Source: Cyanidioschyzon merolae
Lineage: Eukaryota
DNA length: 64,000 nucleotides
Direction: 5' to 3' (one strand)
NCBI GenBank assembly: GCA_000091205.1
Contig: AP006487.2
The notes under the pieces were generated by a model, which saw only the letters and a program-made list of their open reading frames with translations, made no database searches and had not been told where the DNA came from. The translations under genes and the position numbers were made by a program. Positions 12,843 through 23,159 of this stretch are shown piece after piece; the stretch's first letter is position 1; each line of letters opens with the position of its first letter.

Positions 12843-15148
12843 TCATATACGGTAAATTAGTCCGCACCCGCATACTCTTACCCGCCTTTCTCGACCTGAC
12901 CCTTCAATCGGTTTCAGGTGCTCGCTGTATACTTCGATTTTGAGAGGTTGCCAAACGATGATGGCTCGTGTCAGCTGCTCGGGTCTCTTCTCCGGCACTG
13001 CGCATCTCCTGATATACATAGCGGCATTAAAGTCTCGGTTCGCACACTCCACACCTTTCTCGCCTCTGTTTCTACTTACGAATGCGACTAGTCCTCGAAC
13101 TTTCGCCCTCCTTTCCATTCGCTCTTCCGTCAGCGGTCCGTACTTTTCCATATCCTCAGAGCGTCAATGGCACTTTTCCATCTCGTCCCTCTGGAGCGGA
13201 CACCCCAACTCGTATTGTATGCATGAAGTTCGGAACTTATCTACATGTATCGTAACAAAACGCCGTGCGTACTCCTTGTACGCTCGTGGCGACGGAGCGG
13301 GCGTACACTCCTTTTGTTTTGGCGCCCAGCGCTCTGCTTCACACGCTGTTACGAGCCTTTGACTATCGTCTTCCTTGAGGGCGCCCAACTGGTTGGAAAA
13401 GCTCGCGAATAGACACTGCTCCCCACAGTACAAGTTCGTGTGGTGACGAGCCCACCAAGCCGGTACTTTGGAAACCCCTTGCACAGATCCTCGTAATGAG
13501 CAACGCGAATTTTCACGAGCTCCCGAAAATCTCGAAAGTCCGCTCCGCGGATACGCACCTGGCTGATCGCTTCCAGCTCTTCCTTGACTCCTGCATTCCA
13601 TGTCTCAATTTTCTTCCTGGCATTCATTATACCGGATTCTCGGTCATAGCTCGCTCTCGCGAACTCCAAAAGTCGCGTGTCTTTCTCGCATAAGTTGCCG
13701 TCAATACCATCTTCCCCAGGCTTGGGTACTGCGATGATTATGGTATTCGTATTTCCGCGGTCCGTGCCAACGACACGGTCGTTCTCCTGCACCGCCGGCG
13801 TCGCAGGATCCGCCTTCTTCTTTCCTTCATGCTCCGTCACGGGTGACAACGAAGATGGAACCGGGCGATCCGTCCTCAGGCGCCGTCAGTGAACACCTAT
13901 GGATACCCTATCGGTTTCGACGATCCCCGCGGATACCCCTCGCATGCTCGTTTTGAGACGCTTCAGATCGAGGATATTCTTCCAATACGTTTCCCGGCTC
14001 TCGCCGATGAATTCCTTGTTGCTTACACAGAACTCTAGACTGATCTTCCTCATGATCCAGTAGAGGACGCTGGAGTTGATGGTCACGAAATCCGACTTGA
14101 TCCCGCAAATCCAAACAACGTTGAAGCGCTTCTCTCGTAGGAAAGCCTTCCGTTTGTCCGACTCTCGATTTTTTAGGGCCGGCGCCATATCGGCCTTGCG
14201 TTCGCGCTCTCGGTTCAGGAACACGAAATAACGCAGGATGAGGGAATCGCACCTTTTCCATCCTTTTTCATATCTGATATCTTTTCCGCTGGGTTGACAA
14301 GCCCTAAGACCGCACGGTGCTCTTGCATAGCCGCACGGGCCACGGAAGCTTCATTCATACTCCGGTTTGAAGTCTCCTCGTGGACGAATTCGATCTCCCG
14401 TTCACTCCTGCTGTCGTTCGTGATGCCATCGATGCTGGCCCGTCTGCCTCTGCGAGAGATACCCGGGTAGAGTGCAAAGACGGCGCGTATCATGAAGCGT
14501 TTGAGGCTCATTATGAAATGGTTCTTCAGGTTCGTGAGGTACTTTTCACCCCGTATGTGTAGATATCCGCGCCGTCCCTGTGCCGAGTACCGTTGAAGCG
14601 GTATTCCTTGTGATTTTCGTGGAGGACATGCACTCGCTCATTTCTCCTCGGCGTTTCCCCTGTGCCAACCATCAGGAGGCGAATAAAGGTCCTGTTGATA
14701 AACTCTGCCGGAACCTCGACTCTTCGAATTTCCGTCACGTTGTCGTACATCTTCGACAATGCATCAGTCCTGAAGAAGCCTTTATAATACTCATAGCGTA
14801 AGACGCGACACGTTTTTTTTTGATGACCTCATGCGTTATTTGCTTTAGGGATCCTTGCTGCGGCGTAGAAGAAGGGCTTTGGCTCCTATCTCGTCGTACT
14901 GTCGACTTGCTCGCAGCTTTTGACGTCTGGCATCCTTCTTTCGCTTCTTCGTCCTGTCGTGTTCCTCTTTGCTTGGCACTGCGTTCCGTTTTTCGTCGGA
15001 AACCGCGACACCAGGCCCTCAGCATCATCGACTTGCAGCCCCATATCTTTCCTTTAGATTTTTCTTTCTTCACAATCAACGCACTTCGAACGTGCCTGCT
15101 GTAAACCACGATAAAGAATTTGATTACAACCATCTGCGCGTAGAACAC
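12843..15148 (-). mobile_element. TnpB/Fanzor-like RNA-guided-nuclease gene, about 2.3 kb. It is frame-disrupted, by frameshifts or introns, so it is either a pseudogene or an intron-containing gene
   Basis: Collinear minus-strand ORF fragments span the region: 14735..15148, 14526..14759, 14215..14511, 13886..14224, 13349..13849, 13164..13601 and 12843..13151. Diagnostic motifs appear in the canonical order. RuvC-I is VVGTDRGNTNTIIIAV. The RuvC-II glutamate lies in RVAHYEDLCKGF. The pre-Zn block is YKEYARRFVTIHVDKFRTSCIQYELGCP, which fits the L.YKAE..G..V..VD..YTS..C pattern. RuvC-III is ECANRDFNAAMYIRRCAV, which fits ..DRDVNAAINI.. At least three frame changes occur between the fragments. 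Confidence 0.6.
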
Positions 15149-15247
15149 GGTTGACTTGGAAAACTATCAGGTTCCGGGTAGTCGCTTCGCGCACGGCAGT
15201 GGCAAACGCTCGTCTGCGATTTGCGAGCTCTGCAGACTCGTTTTGAC

Positions 15248-16027
15248 ATGACTCGGGGTGTATCGATTACTGTTCGGAACCCAAATACTCTGGATAACAC
15301 ACGCTGGATTGTTCGGCATCGCGGAAAGAAGAGCGTGAAGCGTTCGCGCGCTGCACGTTTTCTCTCAAAGTCAGGACCCTACCTGCACTCGAACGACAGC
15401 AAGAAAGCTGAGCAAAAGCTTGTCTTTAGCTGTTCTCACAGTCAATCGCCCGAAAAAGATTTATCGCTGCCATTTCCAGCTCGGTCGGAGGAAGCCTCAG
15501 CACCGCTTTGCAGCGCTAGAGGTTCCCCTGGGACTACGTACCCTGAACGTCGCTTTCCTGGGCTGCTACCCACAGAGAATAGCCAGAGCTTGGGTACGGT
15601 TACCGCAGTGAAGCAGCTGCTTCGGAAGCTTATAAAGTTCCAAGCACGCCTCGCTCGAGACCAAAGCCGGAAGCTGCGAGCACATAAACGATACGTATGC
15701 GGCATTCGCGAATGCACTCGTTTGTTGCGCGCGAAACAGTGTTTGCTACTTATTGTGCCCTCGAATGGAATACTGCCATGTGCGGCAGCCAATCTTCAAG
15801 AAACGCTCGCTCTAGCAGAAGAGCACTCTGTGCCCATAATCAGAGATATTTCGGCAACTGAGTTATGCCGACTTCTGCGTCGAGTTCAAGCTAGTCGCTT
15901 GAACGCTCGCCCCGCGTGCTGTGTTGGCGTGAAGAGTTGCGAAGGTGCATCGCTCGAAATGCAGAGAGTGTTTGATGCCCTAGCTTTACAGGCTGGAAAC
16001 ATTTACCCAACGGCCGCATCTGAATAG
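15248..16027 (+). CDS. L7Ae/L30e-family RNA-binding domain protein, SBP2/NHP2-like
   Basis: The C-terminal half, [27 protein letters not shown]...LQETLALAEEHSVPIIRDISATELCRLL...ACCVGV, fits the L7Ae fold consensus (K.R.V.G.RE..K.L.....IISPN......L.....A.E..VP......LG......V). The first ATG is at 15248; the track start at 15221 is TTG. Confidence 0.5.
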   Translation: MTRGVSITVRNPNTLDNTRWIVRHRGKKSVKRSRAARFLSKSGPYLHSNDSKKAEQKLVFSCSHSQSPEKDLSLPFPARSEEASAPLCSARGSPGTTYPERRFPGLLPTENSQSLGTVTAVKQLLRKLIKFQARLARDQSRKLRAHKRYVCGIRECTRLLRAKQCLLLIVPSNGILPCAAANLQETLALAEEHSVPIIRDISATELCRLLRRVQASRLNARPACCVGVKSCEGASLEMQRVFDALALQAGNIYPTAASE

Positions 16028-16071
16028 ATCCCTGAATGAAGCCTCGGACCTTTTCTTTGTGGTTAGCACGG

Positions 16072-17055
16072 CTACCCGGTCGTTTCTTTGTTTTGCCCTG
16101 AAACGGCTTGCTCTCTTTTCCGTAGCTCTTCCTCCGCCTCTTGAGCTTTTCGTGCTAGCTCGTCGGCAATGCGCGCGCGCTCCCGTGCCTCCAGTTCTTT
16201 GAACATAACCTCTGCTTGGGTGAGCTTCTCCATACTCATTTGATATGTTCCAATATCCTGATCGAGCCGTGCGTACGAGATTTTGAGCATATTGGCCCAT
16301 TTTTTCACAGATTCGAGATTGATTTCCACTCCACATGAACTCATGATTTTCATCAAACCTATACCAAATAACCGTGTGTAGTAATATTCACCATCTGCCC
16401 GACGACATGCGCGGAGCGCTGCGATGACTGGTTGCGCTTCGGCACTGTCTTCCCCGGTATCTCGCTCGATCTCCTCTATGAGCTCTGCCTCTGTCTTGCC
16501 CTGCACATATGCCAAAGCGTCGTCAGCTTCCTTGGTGACTTGGCCCACGTCAAGATCCAGCGCATCGCAAATGCACCGGAAGAGGCTCTCTCGCTCGTCC
16601 GGTCGCGGATACGAGCGGAAAAAATCGCGATATACGGATACAAAACCGAGCGCGAAGATGACGTCGTATCGAAACATGGCACAAACGAGCGCGAGATGAG
16701 CAGTTGTCAGAATCTCGTCCACAGCCTGCTGGTAATAGAATACCACAGGACGTTTTAGATTCCGATAGAAACGGGTCACGGTCTCGCTGACGGTGCGCAC
16801 AGGTTTTCCTCGAAAAGGTGCGAACTTTCTAGCAAAGTCTGTGTCAGCTGGCTCTGTGATGAGACCGAGAGCTTCTATGTCTTTTCTGAACTCATCTAAA
16901 CCCGCGAAGCGCGGTTCATCGCCAGTGCCCGCACAGAGCACTTGCCGACTTGTCCGAGAACCCTTCGCGTGAATACCAGCACCCCGCAAACCCGACTTGG
17001 AGAGCTTCCCATAAGCACTCCTGGGTAAACTAAAGCTAAAGGCTGCAGTGAACAT
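16072..17055 (-). CDS. THF1: Thylakoid formation 1 / Psb29 plastid protein (THF1) with an N-terminal transit-peptide-like extension
   Basis: The block PVVFYYQQAVDEILTTAHLALVCAMFRYDVIFALGFVSVYRDFFRSYP matches the THF1 signature (Arabidopsis ...YRYDPVFALGFVTVYDQLMEGYP). There is a coiled-coil acidic C-terminus. The first ATG at 17055 gives MFTAAFSFSLPRSAYGKLSKSG..., which is Ser/Thr/basic and has Phe near the N-terminus. The track start at 17166 is GTG. Confidence 0.85.
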   Translation of the reverse strand: MFTAAFSFSLPRSAYGKLSKSGLRGAGIHAKGSRTSRQVLCAGTGDEPRFAGLDEFRKDIEALGLITEPADTDFARKFAPFRGKPVRTVSETVTRFYRNLKRPVVFYYQQAVDEILTTAHLALVCAMFRYDVIFALGFVSVYRDFFRSYPRPDERESLFRCICDALDLDVGQVTKEADDALAYVQGKTEAELIEEIERDTGEDSAEAQPVIAALRACRRADGEYYYTRLFGIGLMKIMSSCGVEINLESVKKWANMLKISYARLDQDIGTYQMSMEKLTQAEVMFKELEARERARIADELARKAQEAEEELRKREQAVSGQNKETTG

Positions 17056-17210
17056 GGGGTAAAAGTGTACGCAGAGTGAACCACACTGTGTCACCCTGTT
17101 TGCAGCCCTCTGACAAGAAGCTGCTTCTCGCTCTAGGCCTCTATGATTCGCAAACCCGCGTACCACATCAGTTCACATCGATTGAGGCGCTGCAGGGCAT
17201 CGAATGGATG

Positions 17211-17211
17211 C

Positions 17212-17242
<31 letters not shown>

Positions 17243-17247
17243 GGGGT
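17211..17247. repeat. (GGC)n trinucleotide microsatellite followed by a G7 run
   Basis: This is cgcggcggcggcggcggcggcggcggcggggggg, read directly from the sequence. It lies about 160-190 bp upstream of the THF1 ATG on the gene's 5' side. Confidence 0.9.
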
Positions 17248-18680
17248 CGCGTGCGACGTTTCATGGTGTGGGCGCGCTGTGGAGCGCGATGTCTTTGCGA
17301 TGAATGCCTCGTTTATGCAGGTTGCCAAGAAATCGTACAACGATTATCTCCGGAGGCTTCCATGCTCTGCAAGTCCCATTACCATGTTCTCATAGGACAT
17401 TGAAATTTTAGTGGACCATTTACCTTTAGGGAAACAGAATACACGGCAATCATCGCAAAGAGATTTTACGGAGCATGCCGGTGCGTGCCTCAGCCGACGC
17501 GCACAAGTCTATGTCAAAGCAGTACTGTTTGTGTTCCGCATACGCGTAGGCGTTGTAGGCTTCGTGGTGGACGCTCACGACAGGCACTCGGCACCGAGAG
17601 AATCGAACGATCTGACCAAGATATCGGGGGAGAAGCAGAATTGATTTCTGGTGCAATGAATGGTATAGTGCGGCATGTTTGATGCTCTCGCAGTTGTCGA
17701 AAATGATCGAGCTATCGGGAATCCTATGGTTAGCGCAAATCATCCTGGAACCCCGAAAAACAATGTTCTGCTGTAGACCACAGTGGGCTTGAGATGGGGG
17801 TCGAGTTTGCCGCAGCCTGCGGGCGGTTTACCGGCGCCGCGCATCCCCGAACACCAGTGCGACGCAGACGACATGCACCGATCCGGAGACACGGCCCAGG
17901 AGGCCAGATTGTAGCGGGAGCCGGTCTGAAGCACGAGAGATCGGTAATGACTATGCAAGCAAAGCGTCTACTCACGGTAGGGAGCGCGAAACCGTTTATG
18001 TTTGCATGGACCGATAGTCTGCATTTGAAACCAATGAATCTGAGGAGACTTTTCTGCGGAGCGTTCAGCGTTGCGCAACGCCAGCAGCATATTGAGGCAT
18101 CTTGGCGAATTTTCGGGCTGTCCAAGCTGCGGAAATGTATGGGGACCAGTTGTAACTTCTGCGTGCTTTTTTCGACTCCGAATATAGACAGGAGCCTGAG
18201 AAGCAGGTCCGCCAGGTCGCACGGCGAATATCAAATGAGCTTGTCGCCACGGTAACTGTCTTTATCCGAGACTTTCGAGGATGCAGCGGTGCAACGTTTC
18301 CCTAGGGCAGTCTCCAGAACGAAGATGGTCACGCACAGGCCTGCATTGTCTGGAAGCAAGCGGCTGCGTTGTATGCGGGTGAGTCTTGGCGGTGCGCAAC
18401 TCTGTTGCTTCGAGTCGCGCGCCGTTGATGCCCGTTGAGCATCCGGATAGCTTCGGGTGACTGTTCGGAGTGCAGCAATGACTGGACTCGGTACTTGTGC
18501 CACCGTTTCGAAAGTACATACAAAAAAGAAAAGCCCTGCCCCAAGCCGCAGCGAATGTAACGCGGTATTCGAGGTCTGGTGCAGTTTGCCAGTGAACATG
18601 TAGGGCGTGCAAACCATGCAGTCACAGACGCACTGCCTCAGTCGTACTTGTGCAACTTGCGTTTTAGGAGTCAAAAGCGA

Positions 18681-18751
18681 TGCGCTAGCCGGGAATCGAA
18701 CCCGGGGCAACTGCTTGGAAGGCAATTATGTTACCATTACACCACTAGCGC
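18681..18751 (-). tRNA. tRNA-Gly with anticodon UCC
   Basis: The reverse complement reads GCGCTAG TG GTGT AATGGTA ACAT A ATTGC CTTCCAA GCAGT TGCCC CGGGTTCGATTCCCGG CTAGCGC A. It has a 7 bp acceptor stem, D-arm, a TCC anticodon in a 7-nt loop, a T-arm GGTTCGATTCC and an A discriminator. No CCA is encoded, which is the eukaryotic type. Confidence 0.85.
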
Positions 18752-19125
18752 GATCAAATGTCCAGCGGCCACTGGCATCCTGTACGCCAAGATCAACCCG
18801 AACTCCGCCCGCGCAATTCATGCTATAAAGTGTTCGCACGCCGCGTCATGATCGATATGTACAATATCTGGCATAATGGTGCAGGGGCATCTCGCCTCCG
18901 TGTCCTTTTACACTGTTGTCCAACCAACATGGAAACAGCACCTAAGACGGCATACATACCAAATTTTGCGTCTCTTTCCACAGTCATCAACACCAGCCTT
19001 TGCGGGCCTGTACGAGAGGCCGTTTCCTATTCCGATCTCTTTTATCCGCTTTAAATACGCCGTCTCTGTTTTGGTATTGCTGCATTGCCAGCAGTGAAAG
19101 TGGGTTCGCGGCGTCGCGAAAGCCT

Positions 19126-20265
19126 CGATTTCACTGCCTCAGGCTGTCATCGACGTATTCCGTGCAAAGATGCAAGGGCGATCAACGGTTCGCTTGCCAT
19201 GCTCATCTTACTTCTCCACAGTTGCGGCGAGCCCTTCGCGCCGGTAACACTTGGCTGCGGTCAAGTGTTACGAAATAATACCCAGACTCCTCCTATGGGG
19301 ACTTTACTGCGGCGCTTGAGCACTTGCTGTAACGCTCGGTACATGCCCAGTCCGGGTACAGGTGGCTCGCCTTGATGCCATGCTTTGTTTCTGCGCCTCG
19401 TGTCGTATCCGATGATCACGGGTTTCTTTGGGTCGATGCCCTCAGCGAGCAGTCTGGACGCTGCACACGAAAGCGCTCTGCGTCACGTTCGATCGAGTCT
19501 TTGTGGAACGCGATGTCGACCATGATGAAACAAGTACCACTAGGAGAATCCAGGACAGAGAAGAGGACGAGAAGTTTCTATCCTTCAACGCTCCGCTAGT
19601 GCACTCCGGTGACATATGCACTATTCGAAACGATCGCAGCAATGGCTCGAGCCCGACTCCAAGACCCCTTCCGATGTAGACGGAAGACTGTGGAGCCGCA
19701 TGGAGCGTATCATGCGGGAGGTATCGTGCTGCAATGGGATGCCTCTGCGTGGATATCCACAGAGAGCATAGGATTCGTTTTCCGAACAGTCCTTTCATTA
19801 TTTGGTGCGAAAAGTCCAGGGAACTCCCGGCATGAGCTTCTGAACAGGTCGTCAACTGACTAAGGCGAATCTTCCACATCGTCTGTTGAACGGCACGGAT
19901 CGCTGCGCCCATGAGTTGCCGTGAAACCGAGCGATCGAAGACTTGAAGCATGCGTGACCTGGGCACGCTACACGTAACGAAAGGGGAAGCGTGGACGCTC
20001 GTACGTATAGACTCGATATTGGCATCTGTTATTCTATGAACCGCTGATCGATGGCGTCACGAATCATCTTAATTCCGATAAAGTACCGAATTCCAGCTTC
20101 AAAGAGCGGAGGGAGTCACTCCGAAAACACTACCGAGAATCCTGAATCTATGCATGGAACCGTGAGCCCGCATCACTGCACTCCGGATATCGAGGCTAGA
20201 CATCTTAAAAAGCTTCGTAAAAAATCGAAATGCAGCCACAGATCATGCAGTTCAGTGTTCCATTT
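19126..20265 (+). mobile_element. Copy B of the 1.14 kb dispersed repeat, the inverted partner of 9123..10262
   Basis: ORFs 19372..19599, 19428..19679, 19442..19966, 19609..19863 and 20051..20389 duplicate those of copy A on the opposite strand with only 1-3 aa differences. The right end is ...gcagttcagtgttccatttta at about 20265. Confidence 0.75.
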
Positions 20266-21091
20266 TAATCTAGCGTGGGTGGACGCAACCTTAGCTTGCA
20301 CTGTTGCAGCGCGAAGACAGGTCACTATGCGCTCGCTTGTCCGTTCATTCCAGCAGCAATCATGCAGTTCGGGCGTTGCATACTTTTGAGAGATAACAGT
20401 ATTTTTACTATTCGGCGAGGATCGGGCAGCGATCAAAGGATAAATCGACCCGCAACGCATGGTATTACATAATCAAAGAATGCAGTAAGAAACTGTTCAG
20501 CGGCAAGCGTCCACATGCTCCCGACTGCAAGATCCAGCATCGTGCGTTCCCGGTTATCCGCAAAAGCAGCTGCCGCATGATTCCCAGCGCGCCTCATGTT
20601 GGTGACGATGCAAACGTAGCGTACGCGCTCAAAACGCTCGAGACGCTCATGGACGCGGCCGAGCTGCGACCCTTGTCCCGTTGGACAGTATAAGTTTAAG
20701 CAACTCACAGGAACAAGATTATTTCGCGGATTACGGAAGGTGCCAAGGCGATACAGCTGCACACCAGGTATCACTATCTCGAACAGATTCACGTATTCTG
20801 TTCGATGAGTATTCAAACGGCCTGCATGCCTTCGAGCTGCGTCGTGCGTGGCCGCATCTAGCCATGTTTTGGGCTACAGATGTTCTGGATCGCCACAAAA
20901 CAATAGATGACAGGCGGAAGATTGCCACGAGAAAATGATACTGTTCAAATTCTGGGGCAATTCCATTCGGCGCGTCCCGTAGACACTTTCTGATAATCCA
21001 ATCCCACAGATGTCCACAGAGCACGGTTTGCTGTGATAGATTCGAACGGTTTGGACGACTGCCGAAGAAATCCTTCCTGGGCAACTTTGCA

Positions 21092-22783
21092 CTACCCTAA
21101 GGGGTCTTGTTTCACGAAACGACCGCGAATTCTAGGGCGGCTATCGGCTAAAATTTTTCGGCAAGAGTACCTCACGATTTTGATGAAGCGCCGCTCTCTC
21201 TTCTTCTGACGATAGCGAATAATGGCAGCCTGTCTGGTCTTTTGCTTGAATTCCCTCACGGAGAAGAGTTTCTCGATCTCTTTCCGAGTTCCTTCGGGCA
21301 TATCCGGCCGTACCGCAGGAATATGATGGTGCGCGTAGATTGTAGGTGACGGAACGTACGCAATATCCTCGCATTCGGAGGTTCTTTCCGAGTTTTCGGC
21401 AGCAAGAGCGCTCTCCGAGCGCCAGCTGCCAATCGAAGCGCCCACCCGGCTGGAGTAGCAGTGCCCAACGGTCTGCGATCCCGACAGTCCGCTTTCCCGA
21501 ACACAGGCTTGAACCATTTTGGCGCCTTCTTCCTCCGAAACCAGAGCTGACTCAAGAGTCGACGGATTCTGGACAAGAGGGACGAGCACGGGAATGTACA
21601 CAATTTTCATCTGGCTGCCGTCTGGATTGTATCGGTCCTCGACGACAGGACGTATTTGATCCCAGGGTTGCAGCCAGAGAGGCTGCGCTCTTCGATATCT
21701 TTCAACAAGCTCATTGAACAATTCTTGCAGTGAATCTGGTGGGAATGCATGTTTCCCGTGCATGAGTTCGAGATAGCTATCAATGCATGAAGAGCTCTCC
21801 GGGATAGCGTCTTGCTCGTCATCTTTGTCCTGTGGATTTGCTTTCCGACTGTGAGAATCGAGATGCGTGCGTTTTCTTTTCTGCGGCAAGGTCGACGCGA
21901 GCTGTTCCGATGTCGGCTGCAGGATATCGAGCTGCACAGCATAATTTTGATCTGCCTCGTCGGGGCTGCTCTTGAACATAGGCAAACTTGCCGCATTTCG
22001 TTTTCCGTCATGGGGAACCGCAGTATCAGCCCCTGTAATCTCCCCAGAAGCCCGCGATTCTCCGTGCAAGCGAAAACGGCTATTGGGTTCGTCATCGAGC
22101 CCAGCGGGCGTCGATGCGCTCTCTCCTACAAGCGCGTCGAGCATTGCTGCAGTCGAGCTGTGTGCATAGCGGGCACCTGGAAGAGGTGTATTCTCCGCGT
22201 TAAAATTCCTCGTTCCGTGGAAAGGCCCGCTTTCAGTTAGGTCGCGAATGCAGGGGGATAGGCTGCCCAGGCGGGTCGACTGCAACAAGTGGAAGCTTCC
22301 TGAAAGAGGCGCACCGGTCGGACGTCTTGCGTCTCCGTCTCGACTATTTGGCGCGAAATACTGTTGCTGAAGAGCACCTGAGAAAGTCTGCCATCGGGGC
22401 GAAGTTCCGCCCAACGCATCAAGGCCGGAAACGCTCTGGTCGTTCAGTGCTTGCGGTGTCAGAGCGGCAGAGTTGATACTGCCCCCGAGAATCCCAGAAA
22501 ACATGGGCGTGGCAGTCCCGTTACGCGGATAAAACTCAAAATAAGGTGAGCTCCTCAGGGCCAAACCGGGAAACAACGGTTTACCGTTGGCGCCCTGTAC
22601 CGAGGACGGCGCACCTATTGCGGGCGAGGCTGAGAGTCGGAAAAGTGCCTCAGCCGCTTGTGCGTCACCAGAATGCGCTTCGGTGCCAGCTGATTGGCCT
22701 TGGTCGACCACTCTCGTAAACATTCCAGGTTCTAGTGTGGTAGCCCCTTCCCTTTTTTGCGCAGAACTAGTTCTACGCGGCAT
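21092..22783 (-). CDS. CCT-motif protein of the CONSTANS/TOC1-type CCT domain family, with no B-box
   Basis: The C-terminus REFKQKTRQAAIIRYRQKKRERRFIKIVRYSCRKILADSRPRIRGRFVKQ matches the CCT consensus (R..ALLRY.EKK..R.FEK.IRY..RK..A..RPR.KGRF.K). The first ATG is at 22783; the track start at 22798 is GTG. The rest of the protein is Ser/Pro/Gly-rich and low-complexity. Confidence 0.75.
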   Translation of the reverse strand: MPRRTSSAQKREGATTLEPGMFTRVVDQGQSAGTEAHSGDAQAAEALFRLSASPAIGAPSSVQGANGKPLFPGLALRSSPYFEFYPRNGTATPMFSGILGGSINSAALTPQALNDQSVSGLDALGGTSPRWQTFSGALQQQYFAPNSRDGDARRPTGAPLSGSFHLLQSTRLGSLSPCIRDLTESGPFHGTRNFNAENTPLPGARYAHSSTAAMLDALVGESASTPAGLDDEPNSRFRLHGESRASGEITGADTAVPHDGKRNAASLPMFKSSPDEADQNYAVQLDILQPTSEQLASTLPQKRKRTHLDSHSRKANPQDKDDEQDAIPESSSCIDSYLELMHGKHAFPPDSLQELFNELVERYRRAQPLWLQPWDQIRPVVEDRYNPDGSQMKIVYIPVLVPLVQNPSTLESALVSEEEGAKMVQACVRESGLSGSQTVGHCYSSRVGASIGSWRSESALAAENSERTSECEDIAYVPSPTIYAHHHIPAVRPDMPEGTRKEIEKLFSVREFKQKTRQAAIIRYRQKKRERRFIKIVRYSCRKILADSRPRIRGRFVKQDPLG

Positions 22784-23159
22784 CTTTTCGAAAGGCACAA
22801 ATTATCTTCCTCCCCGAGGTGCAGCCGCACCGTCCATCACCAGGACGTACACACTCTCACCAGTGAACTCGGATTGAATGGTCCAGAGGATTGGCGGCGG
22901 ATGGCGGCCGCCGCACGGCTACTTCGCCGCGGCAGTCCGCCGCCGCACATGCTTGGAGTCGCTCGCGCGCCATGGCCGAATCGCATTCAGCTGAACTCTG
23001 TTCCTCTCCTTTTTAGAGAAGGAAATTGAAATCGATATGCAATGCATCCTATGGATCGGAGACGAATTGCCCCTAGGATGTATGTTTCACCGAATAGTGC
23101 AGGGATGATTGTATTTCTCTTTCAGGGCAATCATAATATAATTATCAGGTAGTTAAGGA

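Noticed and set aside
18231-18725. A 164 aa ORF overlapping the tRNA-Gly gene
   Set aside because: It overlaps a well-supported tRNA and has no protein features.
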